The notes under the pieces were generated by a model that was given only the letters and a program-made list of their open reading frames with translations, did no database searches and was not told the DNA's origin. A DNA stretch of 61,612 bases from Candidatus Limnocylindrales bacterium (GTDB taxonomy: Bacteria > Chloroflexota > Limnocylindria > Limnocylindrales > CSP1-4), in contig JBBJNS010000001.1 of NCBI GenBank assembly GCA_037720745.1, positions 1 through 61,612 of the forward strand, read 5' to 3'. The translations under genes were made by a program, and so were the position numbers. Positions 35,499 through 44,474 of the stretch are shown piece after piece. The stretch's first letter is position 1; each line of letters opens with the position of its first letter.

Positions 35499-36712
35499 CA
35501 GGGCACCTCCACAGCGGCCATCTTCTGGGCGATCCACGCTCGGACATCCTTGAGGAGAAGTCGGGCCGAGTCCTTGGGCACGGCCAGATCGGTGGCCCAG
35601 GTGGGCGGTGCGAACACCACGCGAGACCTGGCCGGCGACCTTGCCCCGGCGAGGCGGTCGCGCAGCCAGGCCGCATCGGCGGCGGTGCGCGGCATATCAG
35701 TCGCGATGTGCGAGATCGACCCCAGGCGGAGCACCTCCAGATCCGCCTCTCCTGCCGTGACCTTCTGGATGGCCGCAAAGATGAGTCCTTGCTGGCGTCT
35801 CGCGCGCTGGTAGTCGCTGTTCGACGCGCTGCCGACCTTGCCCTTGCGACTCCGGACGTAGACGATGCCGCGCTTGCAGTTCTTGGTCGTGCCAGCACAG
35901 CGTTTGGCGCTCCCACCTTTGAGCAGCCAATCGGTGGCGACCGGGAAACGGATGCCCGGCGTGGGCGAGTCCTGGTAGGACGGGTCGACGATGGCGGCGG
36001 GGATGTCCACGGCGATGCCGCCTGCCATGTCGACCAGGGCATCGAAGCCGGAGAAGCGGATGAGGGCGTAGTAGTCGATCTCCACGCGCAGCGCGTGTGC
36101 GACGTCCATCCCCACGCGCTCCAGAGCCCGTGCGTCGGCTTCGCCGTCACCGCCCGTTTGTCGATAGCTGTCGTACAGGAGATTGACGCGCAGATCACCG
36201 GAATCCTTGGCACCGCCCGGAGGTCGGTTCTCAGGATGGATGGGGAAGCGGACCATGGAGCGTGGGACGCTGGCCATGGCCAGCTTGCCCCTCACCGGGT
36301 CCAGCGAGACGACCATCATCACGTCCGTGTGTTCCAGGTACTTGTAGTCGGCGCGGTAGTCCGAGCCCAGGAGCAGGATCGTCAGGCGCCCGTCCGCCCC
36401 GTAGCTGATGGTCGGCTCCTCACCGGTGGCCAGCCCGGCATAAGCCAAGGCAAGTTCGTTAAGACCCGAGCGCAATCGCTCGCCGGCCCCCGATGCGCCA
36501 CGCAGCAGCGCACCCAGGGTGTCATCACCCGGCGCAGCGAGCGGCGGGTTCGCTCTGGCTCCCGGGACTGCCGCCGCGTCTGGCGTGGGGCTGGCGGCGA
36601 CCCCGGGAAAGGCGGCGACCAGCAGGGATGCGGCCAGCGCGAACGAACCAAGACGACGGCGGATGACGGACACCGGCTCACTCCCCCTCGCGGGATCCCT
36701 TGATCCCGTCAC
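35498..36712 (-). CDS. LCP family glycopolymer ligase, paralog 2
   Basis: Motifs are LLLGSDYRADYKYLEHTDVMMVVSLD and MASVPRSMVRFPI. It shares the MTGSR N-terminus with paralog 1. Confidence 0.85.
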   Translation of the reverse strand: MTGSRDPARGSEPVSVIRRRLGSFALAASLLVAAFPGVAASPTPDAAAVPGARANPPLAAPGDDTLGALLRGASGAGERLRSGLNELALAYAGLATGEEPTISYGADGRLTILLLGSDYRADYKYLEHTDVMMVVSLDPVRGKLAMASVPRSMVRFPIHPENRPPGGAKDSGDLRVNLLYDSYRQTGGDGEADARALERVGMDVAHALRVEIDYYALIRFSGFDALVDMAGGIAVDIPAAIVDPSYQDSPTPGIRFPVATDWLLKGGSAKRCAGTTKNCKRGIVYVRSRKGKVGSASNSDYQRARRQQGLIFAAIQKVTAGEADLEVLRLGSISHIATDMPRTAADAAWLRDRLAGARSPARSRVVFAPPTWATDLAVPKDSARLLLKDVRAWIAQKMAAVEVP

Positions 36713-36806
36713 CCGCAGCCTAATACCTCTGGCAAGGGGGTTCCAGCAGCCACTTCAGCGGGACCCCTCAGGACCTTATCCGGACGATCGTCCCGCCATC
36801 ACCTGC

Positions 36807-38027
36807 TCAGGCACCTACCTGGAGCCCACCGGGCACCGGGCCGCCGCCGACGCCGCGGGTGGGCGGTGGCGGGACGGGGATGGGGGTCAGTGGCACGGGC
36901 GGCATGTAGCGGTCGATCCAGCCGCGCACCGAGTCCAGGTACAGGACCGTGCCATCGCCGGCGACCTCACGTCCGAAGCCCGGCGACGAGAAGACGGCGC
37001 GACCACCCGGCGCGAACCGGGCGCGCCGCAGCATCTGGTACAACGACGGCGCGGCGCTCAACGGGATGTCCGTGGTCAAGTGTCGGGCCGCGCTGACCAG
37101 GAGGGTACCCAGCCGCTCTCCGTCGCCGCGCTGGATGACGCGCCTGACGGCTGCCAAGACGAACTCCTGCTGGCGGCGAGAACGCTGCGCATCGCTATTG
37201 GAGAAGCCGCCCACATATCCCTTGCGGCTGCGCACGTAGACCAGCGCCCGCCGGCAGGCGGTGGCGGTATCCGGGCAACGCGCCGCCGAGAAGCCGCCGA
37301 GTCGATAGCGGGAGACACCACCGGGGAACACGATGCCCCGAGGCGCGCTGCTCTCATCGGAGTAGATGTAGTCCACGATGCGCGCCGGGATCGAGACGGG
37401 CACGCCGTTCATGGCATCCACCAGCGCGTCGAAACCGGAGAACCGGACATACGCGTAGTGATCGACCTCCACACCCAGGGCGTGGCTGACGTCCTTGCGG
37501 AAGCTCTCCAGGGCCGGTCGCTCGATGACTCCGTCGGCCCGGCGCTTGTACGTCTCATACATCAGGTTGATGCGCTCCGATCCGGAGGTCGACCCACCCG
37601 GATTGTCGGGATGACGCGGAAAGAAGACCACGCTGCGCGGCACGCTGGCCATGGCCACCCGGCGAGTGTTGGGATCGAACGAGACGAGCATGATCACGTC
37701 GGTGTGCTCGCGGTACCGATAACCCTCGCGATAGTCCGAGCCGAGCAGAAGGATGGTCAGGCGTCCGTCCTGACCCAGGCTGAGGCCATCTCCGGGTGCA
37801 TCGACGTGGCCGGTGGCTACTCGCTCCGCGATCTCCCGGCGCAGGCTCGCCACGCGGTCGCCCAGCGAGGTGAGGAGGGAGGGCGCTTGATCCCTTGCCG
37901 TCCCCGCGGAATCGCTGACGGCCGCCGGCAGGAGCACGCTTTGACCCAGCAGCGCGGTGGGCACGAGCGAGCCGGCCAGGGCGAGCGAAAGCGCCATGGC
38001 CACCCAGCGGTGGCGAAGTAGAGACAC
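36807..38027 (-). CDS. LCP family glycopolymer ligase, paralog 3
   Basis: Motifs are LLLGSDYREGYRYREHTDVIMLVSFD and MASVPRSVVFFPR. Confidence 0.85.
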   Translation of the reverse strand: MSLLRHRWVAMALSLALAGSLVPTALLGQSVLLPAAVSDSAGTARDQAPSLLTSLGDRVASLRREIAERVATGHVDAPGDGLSLGQDGRLTILLLGSDYREGYRYREHTDVIMLVSFDPNTRRVAMASVPRSVVFFPRHPDNPGGSTSGSERINLMYETYKRRADGVIERPALESFRKDVSHALGVEVDHYAYVRFSGFDALVDAMNGVPVSIPARIVDYIYSDESSAPRGIVFPGGVSRYRLGGFSAARCPDTATACRRALVYVRSRKGYVGGFSNSDAQRSRRQQEFVLAAVRRVIQRGDGERLGTLLVSAARHLTTDIPLSAAPSLYQMLRRARFAPGGRAVFSSPGFGREVAGDGTVLYLDSVRGWIDRYMPPVPLTPIPVPPPPTRGVGGGPVPGGLQVGA

Positions 38028-38128
38028 GGATAGGACCCCTATGCCTGTTGCGATGGACGCGCGCGGCTGGCTCGTCCGACTGGCAAGCCTAAACGGCGCA
38101 GCGCGAACCCGCCATGGGCCGAACGTCC

Positions 38129-38878
38129 CTACATCATCACCAGGCCGCCATCGACGGCCAGTACCTGCCCCGTGATATAGGCGGCTTCGTCGGAAGCCAG
38201 GAAGCAGACGGCGGCGGAGATATCCTCCGGCGTCCCGAAGCGGCCCAGTGGCGTCCGGTCCGTGATCTGTGCCTGGAGCTCCGGCGGGAGATCCTTGGTG
38301 AGCTCGGTGAGCACGAAGCCGGGCGCCACGGCATTGACCGTGATGCCCCGACCGGCGAGCTCGCGGGCGCTCGCCTTGGTCAGGCCGATGAGGCCCGCCT
38401 TCGCCGCGGAGTAGTTGGCCTGACCGGTCTGCCCAGCCTGGCCGGACACGCTGGTGATGTTGATGATGCGCCCGCCGCGTGCCTTGAGCATGGGCCGCGT
38501 GACCGCCTTCAGCGTGTAGAAGGCACCGAAGAGGTTCGTCTCCAGGACCTCCCGCCAGGCTTCCGTGCTCATGCGCATGATCAGGTCGTCGCGCGTGATG
38601 CCCGCGTTGTTGACCAGGATGTCGATCTTGCCGAACTCGCCCGTGGCGGCCTTGATGAGCGCCTCGGCGGCGGCCGGGTCCGTGACGTCGGCCTGCACCG
38701 GCAGTGCGTGCCGGCCGAGGGCTGTGATGGCCGCGGCGACTTCGTCCGCGGCGGCCTGATCACGGCGGAAGCTGAAGCAGACATCGGCGCCCTGTTCGGC
38801 CAGCCGAGTCACGATGGCCCGCCCGATGCCGCGCGAACCGCCCGTCACGACGGCGCTCTTGCCGGATAGGTCGATCAC
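38129..38878 (-). CDS. fabG: 3-oxoacyl-[ACP] reductase
   Basis: 249-aa SDR with motifs VTGGSRGIGRAI, NNAG and YSAAKAGLIG. There is a GTGA overlap with the fabH stop. Confidence 0.9.
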   Translation of the reverse strand: MIDLSGKSAVVTGGSRGIGRAIVTRLAEQGADVCFSFRRDQAAADEVAAAITALGRHALPVQADVTDPAAAEALIKAATGEFGKIDILVNNAGITRDDLIMRMSTEAWREVLETNLFGAFYTLKAVTRPMLKARGGRIINITSVSGQAGQTGQANYSAAKAGLIGLTKASARELAGRGITVNAVAPGFVLTELTKDLPPELQAQITDRTPLGRFGTPEDISAAVCFLASDEAAYITGQVLAVDGGLVMM

Positions 38879-40083
38879 ACTGGCACCTCCCGGCGGGCAT
38901 GCTCAGGCTCGCCGGGCACGACATCATCGAGCGGGACCTGCGGCCCTTCACGGTCCTCCAGCACGGCCGTGAGGCGCGCCGGCATGGGGTCCACGGAGTC
39001 CCAGTCGACCGGCGCGCGGACGGAGGCGACCGGCTCCACGCTCTCCGAACGACGTCCGTTGGCCGGGTCGGCGGTCCATTCGACGGCCGCGGCACCACTG
39101 GTGAAGCCGGCCCCGAAGGCCACGAAGACGATCTTGTCGCCCACCTTCACGCGCCCGAAGTCGACCGCCTCTGCCAGCGCGATGCCCACCGAGGCGGCCG
39201 AGGTGTTGCCGTAGCGGTCGACGTTGACGAACATCTTGTCCATGGGCAGATCCAGCCCCTTGGCCACCGATTCGATGATGCGGATGTTGGCCTGGTGCGG
39301 GATGAAGAGGTCGACCTCGGAGGGATCCCAGCCCGCCCGGCTGATGGCCTTGAGAGCGGAGGTGGCCAGGGTCTTGGTCGCGTAGCGGTAGGTCTCCTTG
39401 CCCTCCATGCGCACGTAGTGCTCGCCGCGTCGCACGGTCTCGTCCGAGGGCGGGCTCTTGGAACCGCCCGAGGGCAGCCAGATCATGTAGGCACCGTCGG
39501 GGTCGGTCGTCATCTCCATACCGGCCAGCCCGCCGCCCTCCTCGTCCGAGGCGGAGACGACCACCGCGCCTGCTCCATCGCCGAAGAGGATGCACGTATT
39601 GCGGTCACTGAAGTCCAGGAAGCGCGTGAGCAGCTCCGCGCCGATGACCAGCACGTGGCGGTACATGCCGCTGCGGATGTAGGCGTCGGCCGTGGCATAG
39701 GCGAAGACGAAGCCGGAGCAGGCGGCCATCACGTCGAAGGCGGCCGCCTTGCTGTTGCCGATGGCCTCTTTGACCAGCGCCGCCGTGGAAGGCATCCAAT
39801 AGTCGGGCGTGAGCGTGCCCACCAGGATAAGGTCGATCTCCTGGGGATCGAGTCCGGCCACGGCGATGGCGCGCTTGCCGGCGATGGCCGCCAGTGTGGC
39901 CGTGGTCTCGTGAGGCGCGGCCACGCGACGCTCGCGGATGCCCGTGCGGGAGCGGATCCAGTCGTCATTCGTGTCGACCAGCTTCTCTAGGTCGGCGTTG
40001 GTCAGGATGCGTTCAGGGGCGTAGTGCCCCCAACCCGTGATGCGAACGCTGCGCGGCACCATCCTCCGTCCCTCCACGCTCAT
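38875..40083 (-). CDS. fabH: 3-oxoacyl-[ACP] synthase III with a C-terminal extension of about 70 aa
   Basis: Catalytic context: AACSGFVFA (Cys), IPHQANIRI (His), GNTSAASV (Asn). At 402 aa it is long for FabH. The extra tail is acidic and proline-rich (..VEPVASVRAPVDWDSVDPMPARL..). Confidence 0.85.
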   Translation of the reverse strand: MSVEGRRMVPRSVRITGWGHYAPERILTNADLEKLVDTNDDWIRSRTGIRERRVAAPHETTATLAAIAGKRAIAVAGLDPQEIDLILVGTLTPDYWMPSTAALVKEAIGNSKAAAFDVMAACSGFVFAYATADAYIRSGMYRHVLVIGAELLTRFLDFSDRNTCILFGDGAGAVVVSASDEEGGGLAGMEMTTDPDGAYMIWLPSGGSKSPPSDETVRRGEHYVRMEGKETYRYATKTLATSALKAISRAGWDPSEVDLFIPHQANIRIIESVAKGLDLPMDKMFVNVDRYGNTSAASVGIALAEAVDFGRVKVGDKIVFVAFGAGFTSGAAAVEWTADPANGRRSESVEPVASVRAPVDWDSVDPMPARLTAVLEDREGPQVPLDDVVPGEPEHARREVPV

Positions 40084-40562
40084 GACGGCTCGACCTCGAT
40101 GAGGGTCTGCTTCTGCTTTACGAGCGCGCCGCTTTCGGCGGCCAGGCGCCGGACCGTGCCACTGACGTCGCTCTTGATCTCATTGAAGAGCTTCATGGCT
40201 TCGATGAGACCGATGACCTGCCCCGCGCTGACGTGGGCTCCTTCCTTGACGTATGGCGCGGCGCCCGGCGAGGGCGAGGTGTAGAAGATGCCCGTGAGCG
40301 GTGCCACCACGGCATGAAAACGGCTCTCCGGCTCGTGCGCGCCGTCCGTCGGCGCGGCGGTGGCTGAGGGCGGTGGCGTGGCCACAGCCTGGCTCACTGG
40401 CGGGGCTGTGGGCCGCAGCGCGGCATGCTTGGCGAGGCGCAGCATGGTGGGACCGGCCTCGACCTCGAGCTCGATGAGATCCGAGCGCTGGAGAAGCGCC
40501 TCGTACCGGTCGATGAGCGCCAGGAGCTCGCCCGCTTCACTCCGCTCGGACGGTTCAGGCAC
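40080..40562 (-). CDS. accB: Biotin carboxyl carrier protein (canonical, biotinylatable)
   Basis: 160 aa. The C-terminal biotinyl domain carries the EAMKLFNEI hairpin. Confidence 0.85.
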   Translation of the reverse strand: MPEPSERSEAGELLALIDRYEALLQRSDLIELEVEAGPTMLRLAKHAALRPTAPPVSQAVATPPPSATAAPTDGAHEPESRFHAVVAPLTGIFYTSPSPGAAPYVKEGAHVSAGQVIGLIEAMKLFNEIKSDVSGTVRRLAAESGALVKQKQTLIEVEPS

Positions 40563-40568
40563 TGCACA

Positions 40569-40595
40569 GCTCAGGCATCGGCCGGCTCAGGCATC
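40569..40595. repeat. 11-bp direct repeat gctcaggcatc x2 (16-bp period); the second copy contains the fabF stop codon
   Basis: 40569-40579 and 40585-40595 are identical. Confidence 0.8.
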
Positions 40596-41846
40596 CCAGC
40601 GCCGCATCACGAGGCACGTGTTCTGGCCACCGAAACCGAAGGCGTTGATGATGGCCACGCGGGCATCGCGGCGCACAGCGGACAGTGGCGTGCAGTCCAG
40701 GTCCCCTACCTGTGCATCCGGATCGGTCAGGTTGAGGGTGGGCGGCACACAGCCCTCGAGCAGTGTCCGCACGGTGACCACGGCGGCGATGGCGCCCGCC
40801 GCGCCCAGCGAGTGGCCGATGGAGCTCTTGGTGGCCGTGATGCTCACCTTCGGTGCTCGCTCACCCAGCAGGGAGCGGATGGCATGGAGCTCGGCCACGT
40901 CGCCTTCTGCGGTGCTCGTGGCGTGGGCGCTGACCACGTCCACCTCGGAAGGGTCGATGCGCGCCTTCTCCAGCGCTCGCCGGCTGGCCCGCAAAGCGCC
41001 CGAACCACCCGGGGCGGGCAGCGTGATATGGCTGGCGTCAGCGGTGGCGCCGTAGCCGCACAACTCGGCCAGGATGGTGGCGCCCCGTCGCTCGGCCTGG
41101 CCCAGCTCCTCCAGGATGACCACCGCGGCACCCTCGGCACAGACGAAGCCATCGCGGCCCTGGTCGAACGGCCGGCTTGCTCCCGCCGGGTCATCGTTGC
41201 GCGTGGACAGCGCGCGCATGGCCGCGAAGCCACCCACCGTGGCTTCGTGGATGGGCGCCTCCGAGCCGCCCGTGATCATCATCTCCGCGTCGCCGCGCCG
41301 GATGGTCTCGAAGGCTTCCCCGATGGCATGGCCCGACGATGCGCAGGCGCTCACGGCGGCGTAGTTGGGCCCCTGCGCTCCGGTGCTGATGGCCACCTGA
41401 CCGGCGGCCATGTTGGCGATGACCATGGGGATGAAGAAGGGGCTCAGGCGCTCAGGTCCGCGCGTCGCCCAGAGCTCGACCTGATCCATGAAGCTGCGCG
41501 TGCCGCCCAGGCCGGAGCCGATGAGCACCCCCGTCGACTCGCGCATCTCGGGCGCCAGCTTTTCGGGCAGGCCAGCCTGCGTCATGGCCTCGCGCGTGGC
41601 CACCAGGGTGAACTGCGTGCAGCGGTCGTTGCGCCGCATCTCCTTGCGATCAAGGACGCCACTGGCGTCGAAGTCGACCACCTCGCCGGCCATCTGGCTC
41701 TGCACCCGGCCGGGGTCGAAAGCCTCGATGCGGCGCACACCGGACTCCCCGGCCACGAGTCGTCGCCAGGTCGTGGACACGTCGCTGCCCAGGGGCGTCA
41801 CGGCACCCAGGCCGGTGATCACCACACGGCGCTGCTCGCTGGTCAT
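40587..41846 (-). CDS. fabF: 3-oxoacyl-[ACP] synthase II
   Basis: 419 aa with motifs ACASSGHAIG, HATSTAEGD and GHSLGAAG. Confidence 0.9.
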   Translation of the reverse strand: MTSEQRRVVITGLGAVTPLGSDVSTTWRRLVAGESGVRRIEAFDPGRVQSQMAGEVVDFDASGVLDRKEMRRNDRCTQFTLVATREAMTQAGLPEKLAPEMRESTGVLIGSGLGGTRSFMDQVELWATRGPERLSPFFIPMVIANMAAGQVAISTGAQGPNYAAVSACASSGHAIGEAFETIRRGDAEMMITGGSEAPIHEATVGGFAAMRALSTRNDDPAGASRPFDQGRDGFVCAEGAAVVILEELGQAERRGATILAELCGYGATADASHITLPAPGGSGALRASRRALEKARIDPSEVDVVSAHATSTAEGDVAELHAIRSLLGERAPKVSITATKSSIGHSLGAAGAIAAVVTVRTLLEGCVPPTLNLTDPDAQVGDLDCTPLSAVRRDARVAIINAFGFGGQNTCLVMRRWDA

Positions 41847-42589
41847 CGGATGAGCCTCCCTGTGCGCACCGTGGCGGCGCGATAGACGTCACCCGGCAAT
41901 CCTCGCGCGGACAGTTCGTCGGCCACCTGCTGCGCGTCGAAGGCGGCTCGGAAGAGTTCCGCCTGCGGTTCGTCGCCTGCCACGGTCAACATCGCCCAGC
42001 CCGCGGTCGGTTCGCCGTCGAAGGCGTAGCCGCACGAGCCGGGGTTGCAGATCAACTTGCGGCCCAGTTCGCGGACCTCCGCCACGTGCGTGTGGCCACA
42101 GACGATGACGCGCGCGTCGGTCCGGGTCACCCGCTCGACGGTCACCGACGGATCGAGGTCCGCCGCCAGGCCGCTGGTCTGACTGCCGGGCGAGGCGTGA
42201 CAGATGAGGACCATGTGCTCGCCCAGCATCACGCGACGCTCGAACGGCAGCCGGCGCAGCCACTCCACCTCGTCGTCGGCCAGCTCGTCGTGGGCCCACT
42301 CCGCGGCAAGTCGCTGGGCCTCGGGCACCTCGTCCAGCCAGGGGAATGCGGCCGCATAGTCGGCGTCGGCCACGGCCACATCCGTGTTGCCCTGGATGAC
42401 CAACACGCCGCCAGCCGCTTCCATCTCACGCAGTCGAGCCACCACGGCCGATGGCTGCGGGCCGTTCATGACCAGGTCTCCGGTGACCGCCACGAGCTGG
42501 GGCTCCTTGCGCTTGATGTCCTTGAGCGCCGCCTCGAGGGCCGCCACGTTGCCGTGGATGTCGCCCAGCACCGCGATGCGATCAGCCAT
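41843..42589 (-). CDS. Calcineurin-like metallophosphoesterase (YfcE/MJ0936-like)
   Basis: 248 aa with motifs VLGDIHGN, TGDLVMNG, GNTD and CGHTH. It overlaps both neighbours (ATGA at 41843-41846 and a 1-nt overlap at 42589). Confidence 0.8.
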   Translation of the reverse strand: MADRIAVLGDIHGNVAALEAALKDIKRKEPQLVAVTGDLVMNGPQPSAVVARLREMEAAGGVLVIQGNTDVAVADADYAAAFPWLDEVPEAQRLAAEWAHDELADDEVEWLRRLPFERRVMLGEHMVLICHASPGSQTSGLAADLDPSVTVERVTRTDARVIVCGHTHVAEVRELGRKLICNPGSCGYAFDGEPTAGWAMLTVAGDEPQAELFRAAFDAQQVADELSARGLPGDVYRAATVRTGRLIR

Positions 42590-43065
42590 CAGTCCAGCGC
42601 CCCTTCGGGTGGGATGACGAAGGAGAGCAGCGCTTCACAGGCGACCTCGCCGTCCACCGTGGCCAGCGCGCGACCCTTGCCGAAGCGACGACCCAGCTTC
42701 TCCATGGTGACCTCCAGCGAGAGCCGATCGCCGGGCTGCACGATGCGCTTGAAGCGGCATCCCTCGATGCCCGCGAAGAGCCCGATGCGATCACCGAAGC
42801 CGGGCTGGCGTGCCACGTACACGGCCATCGTCTGCGCCAGAGCCTCGACCTGGAGCACGCCGGGCATGACAGGCAGACCCGGGAAGTGGCCCTGGAAGAA
42901 CCACTCGGAGGCGGTGACGCCCTTCTCGCCGCGGATGTAGCCGCGTTCAGGGTCGTACTCCATGATCCGATCGACGAGCAGGAACGGCCAGCGATGCGGG
43001 ATCAGGTCCTGGATCGCCCGAGAGCTCAGCAGCGGCCCGGCGGCACTGGCGGTCTGGTCGGTCAT
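42589..43065 (-). CDS. fabZ: 3-hydroxyacyl-[ACP] dehydratase
   Basis: 158 aa with motifs IPHRWPFLLVDRI and GHFPGLPVMPGVL. The SD sequence GAGGAG lies upstream. Confidence 0.9.
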   Translation of the reverse strand: MTDQTASAAGPLLSSRAIQDLIPHRWPFLLVDRIMEYDPERGYIRGEKGVTASEWFFQGHFPGLPVMPGVLQVEALAQTMAVYVARQPGFGDRIGLFAGIEGCRFKRIVQPGDRLSLEVTMEKLGRRFGKGRALATVDGEVACEALLSFVIPPEGALD

Positions 43066-43097
43066 CGGCTCCTCATGATGCTCATGTTCGCGCGTTG

Positions 43098-44474
43098 TCA
43101 GGACTCGGCGCCGGCAGCCGCGGCCAAGAAGGCCGCGCTGCCCACGCGATCGAGCAGGTTCGTCGTGAAGCGGCCCTCCAGGAACGTGGCGCCCTCGATG
43201 AGCGCGCGATGGAAGGGGATGTTCGTCTTGAGTCCGTCGACCACCAGCTCCCCCAGCGCCACACGCCCCCGGTCGATGGCCGTGGCTCGGTCGGGACCCC
43301 AGACGATGAGCTTACCCAGCAGCGAATCGTAGTAGGGCGGGACCTCATAGCCCGCATACAGGTGCGTGTCCATCCTGACGCCCGGGCCGCCGGGCTGCGT
43401 GAAGGCCGTGACGGGTCCCGCCTGAGGCCGGAAGTCGTGCTCCACGTCCTCGGCATTGATGCGGAACTCGATGGCGTGCCCGCGCAGCGAGACGTCCGCC
43501 TGCGAATACCCCAGCGGCTCGCCCGCCGCGATGCGGATCTGCTCCACCACCAGGTCGATGCCCGAGAGCATCTCGGTCACGGGATGCTCCACCTGGATGC
43601 GACAGTTGATCTCGATGAAGTAGGCATCGCCCTTGGCATCGACCAGGAACTCCAGGGTGCCCACGTTCTCGTAGCCTGCCGCCACCACCGCCCGCACGGC
43701 ATCCTCGGCCAGCGCCGCACGCTGCGCTGCGTCGAGGGCGGGCGTGGGCGCCTCCTCCACGACCTTCTGATGGCGCCGCTGGACGGAGCAGTCCCGCTCA
43801 CCGACGTGGACGCCGTTGCCGTAGCGGTCGACGATGACCTGGATCTCCACGTGGCGGTTATCGTCCAGCCACTTCTCCAGGTAGAGCGAATCGTCACCGA
43901 AGGCCGCCCGCGCCTCTGAGCGGCAGATGGTCAGGGCCTGCTGGAGTTCCCGCGTGGAGCGGACCAGGCGCATGCCCCGGCCGCCGCCGCCGGCGGAGGG
44001 CTTGATGAGCACGGGATAGCCGATCCGCTCCGCCTCGGCCAGGGCGTGATCATCGTCGCGCAGCATGCCGTCCGAGCCGGGGATGGTGGGCAGGCCCTGG
44101 CGACCCAGCAACTGACGCGTGCCGGCCTTGGAGGCGAAGCGCTCCAGGACCTCGGGCGGCGGCCCGATGAAGGTCAGGCCGTGTGCCCGGGTCATCTCCG
44201 CGAAGGTGTCGTCCTCGGACAGGAAGCCGTAGCCCGGGTGCACAGCGTCGCAACCTGTGACCACGGCGGCCGACAGGATGGAGGCCACGGAGAGGTAACT
44301 GCGTCGCGCCTCGGCGGGTCCCACGCAGATGGCTTCGTCCGCCATCTGGACGGCGCGAGAGTCGCGATCAGCCTCGCTGTAAGCGACCACGGCGCTGATG
44401 CCCATGCGTCGGCAGGCGCGCAGGATGCGCAGGGCGATCTCGCCGCGGTTGGCGATCAGCACGCGGCTGAACAT
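43098..44474 (-). CDS. accC: Biotin carboxylase subunit of acetyl-CoA carboxylase
   Basis: 458 aa with an ATP-grasp fold. It reads MFSRVLIANRGEIALRILRACR.., ..EMNxR-type INCRIQVEHPVTE. Confidence 0.9.
   Translation of the reverse strand: MFSRVLIANRGEIALRILRACRRMGISAVVAYSEADRDSRAVQMADEAICVGPAEARRSYLSVASILSAAVVTGCDAVHPGYGFLSEDDTFAEMTRAHGLTFIGPPPEVLERFASKAGTRQLLGRQGLPTIPGSDGMLRDDDHALAEAERIGYPVLIKPSAGGGGRGMRLVRSTRELQQALTICRSEARAAFGDDSLYLEKWLDDNRHVEIQVIVDRYGNGVHVGERDCSVQRRHQKVVEEAPTPALDAAQRAALAEDAVRAVVAAGYENVGTLEFLVDAKGDAYFIEINCRIQVEHPVTEMLSGIDLVVEQIRIAAGEPLGYSQADVSLRGHAIEFRINAEDVEHDFRPQAGPVTAFTQPGGPGVRMDTHLYAGYEVPPYYDSLLGKLIVWGPDRATAIDRGRVALGELVVDGLKTNIPFHRALIEGATFLEGRFTTNLLDRVGSAAFLAAAAGAES

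Noticed and set aside
40425-41885. Long plus-strand ORFs antisense to fab/acc genes and other real genes. These are 40425..41885, 43095..43919, 47457..48914, 57095..58687, 38899..39990 and 49175..50263.
   Set aside because: Each one lies opposite a gene with unambiguous catalytic motifs, and their translations are Arg/Gly/Ala/Pro-rich. They are composition artefacts.
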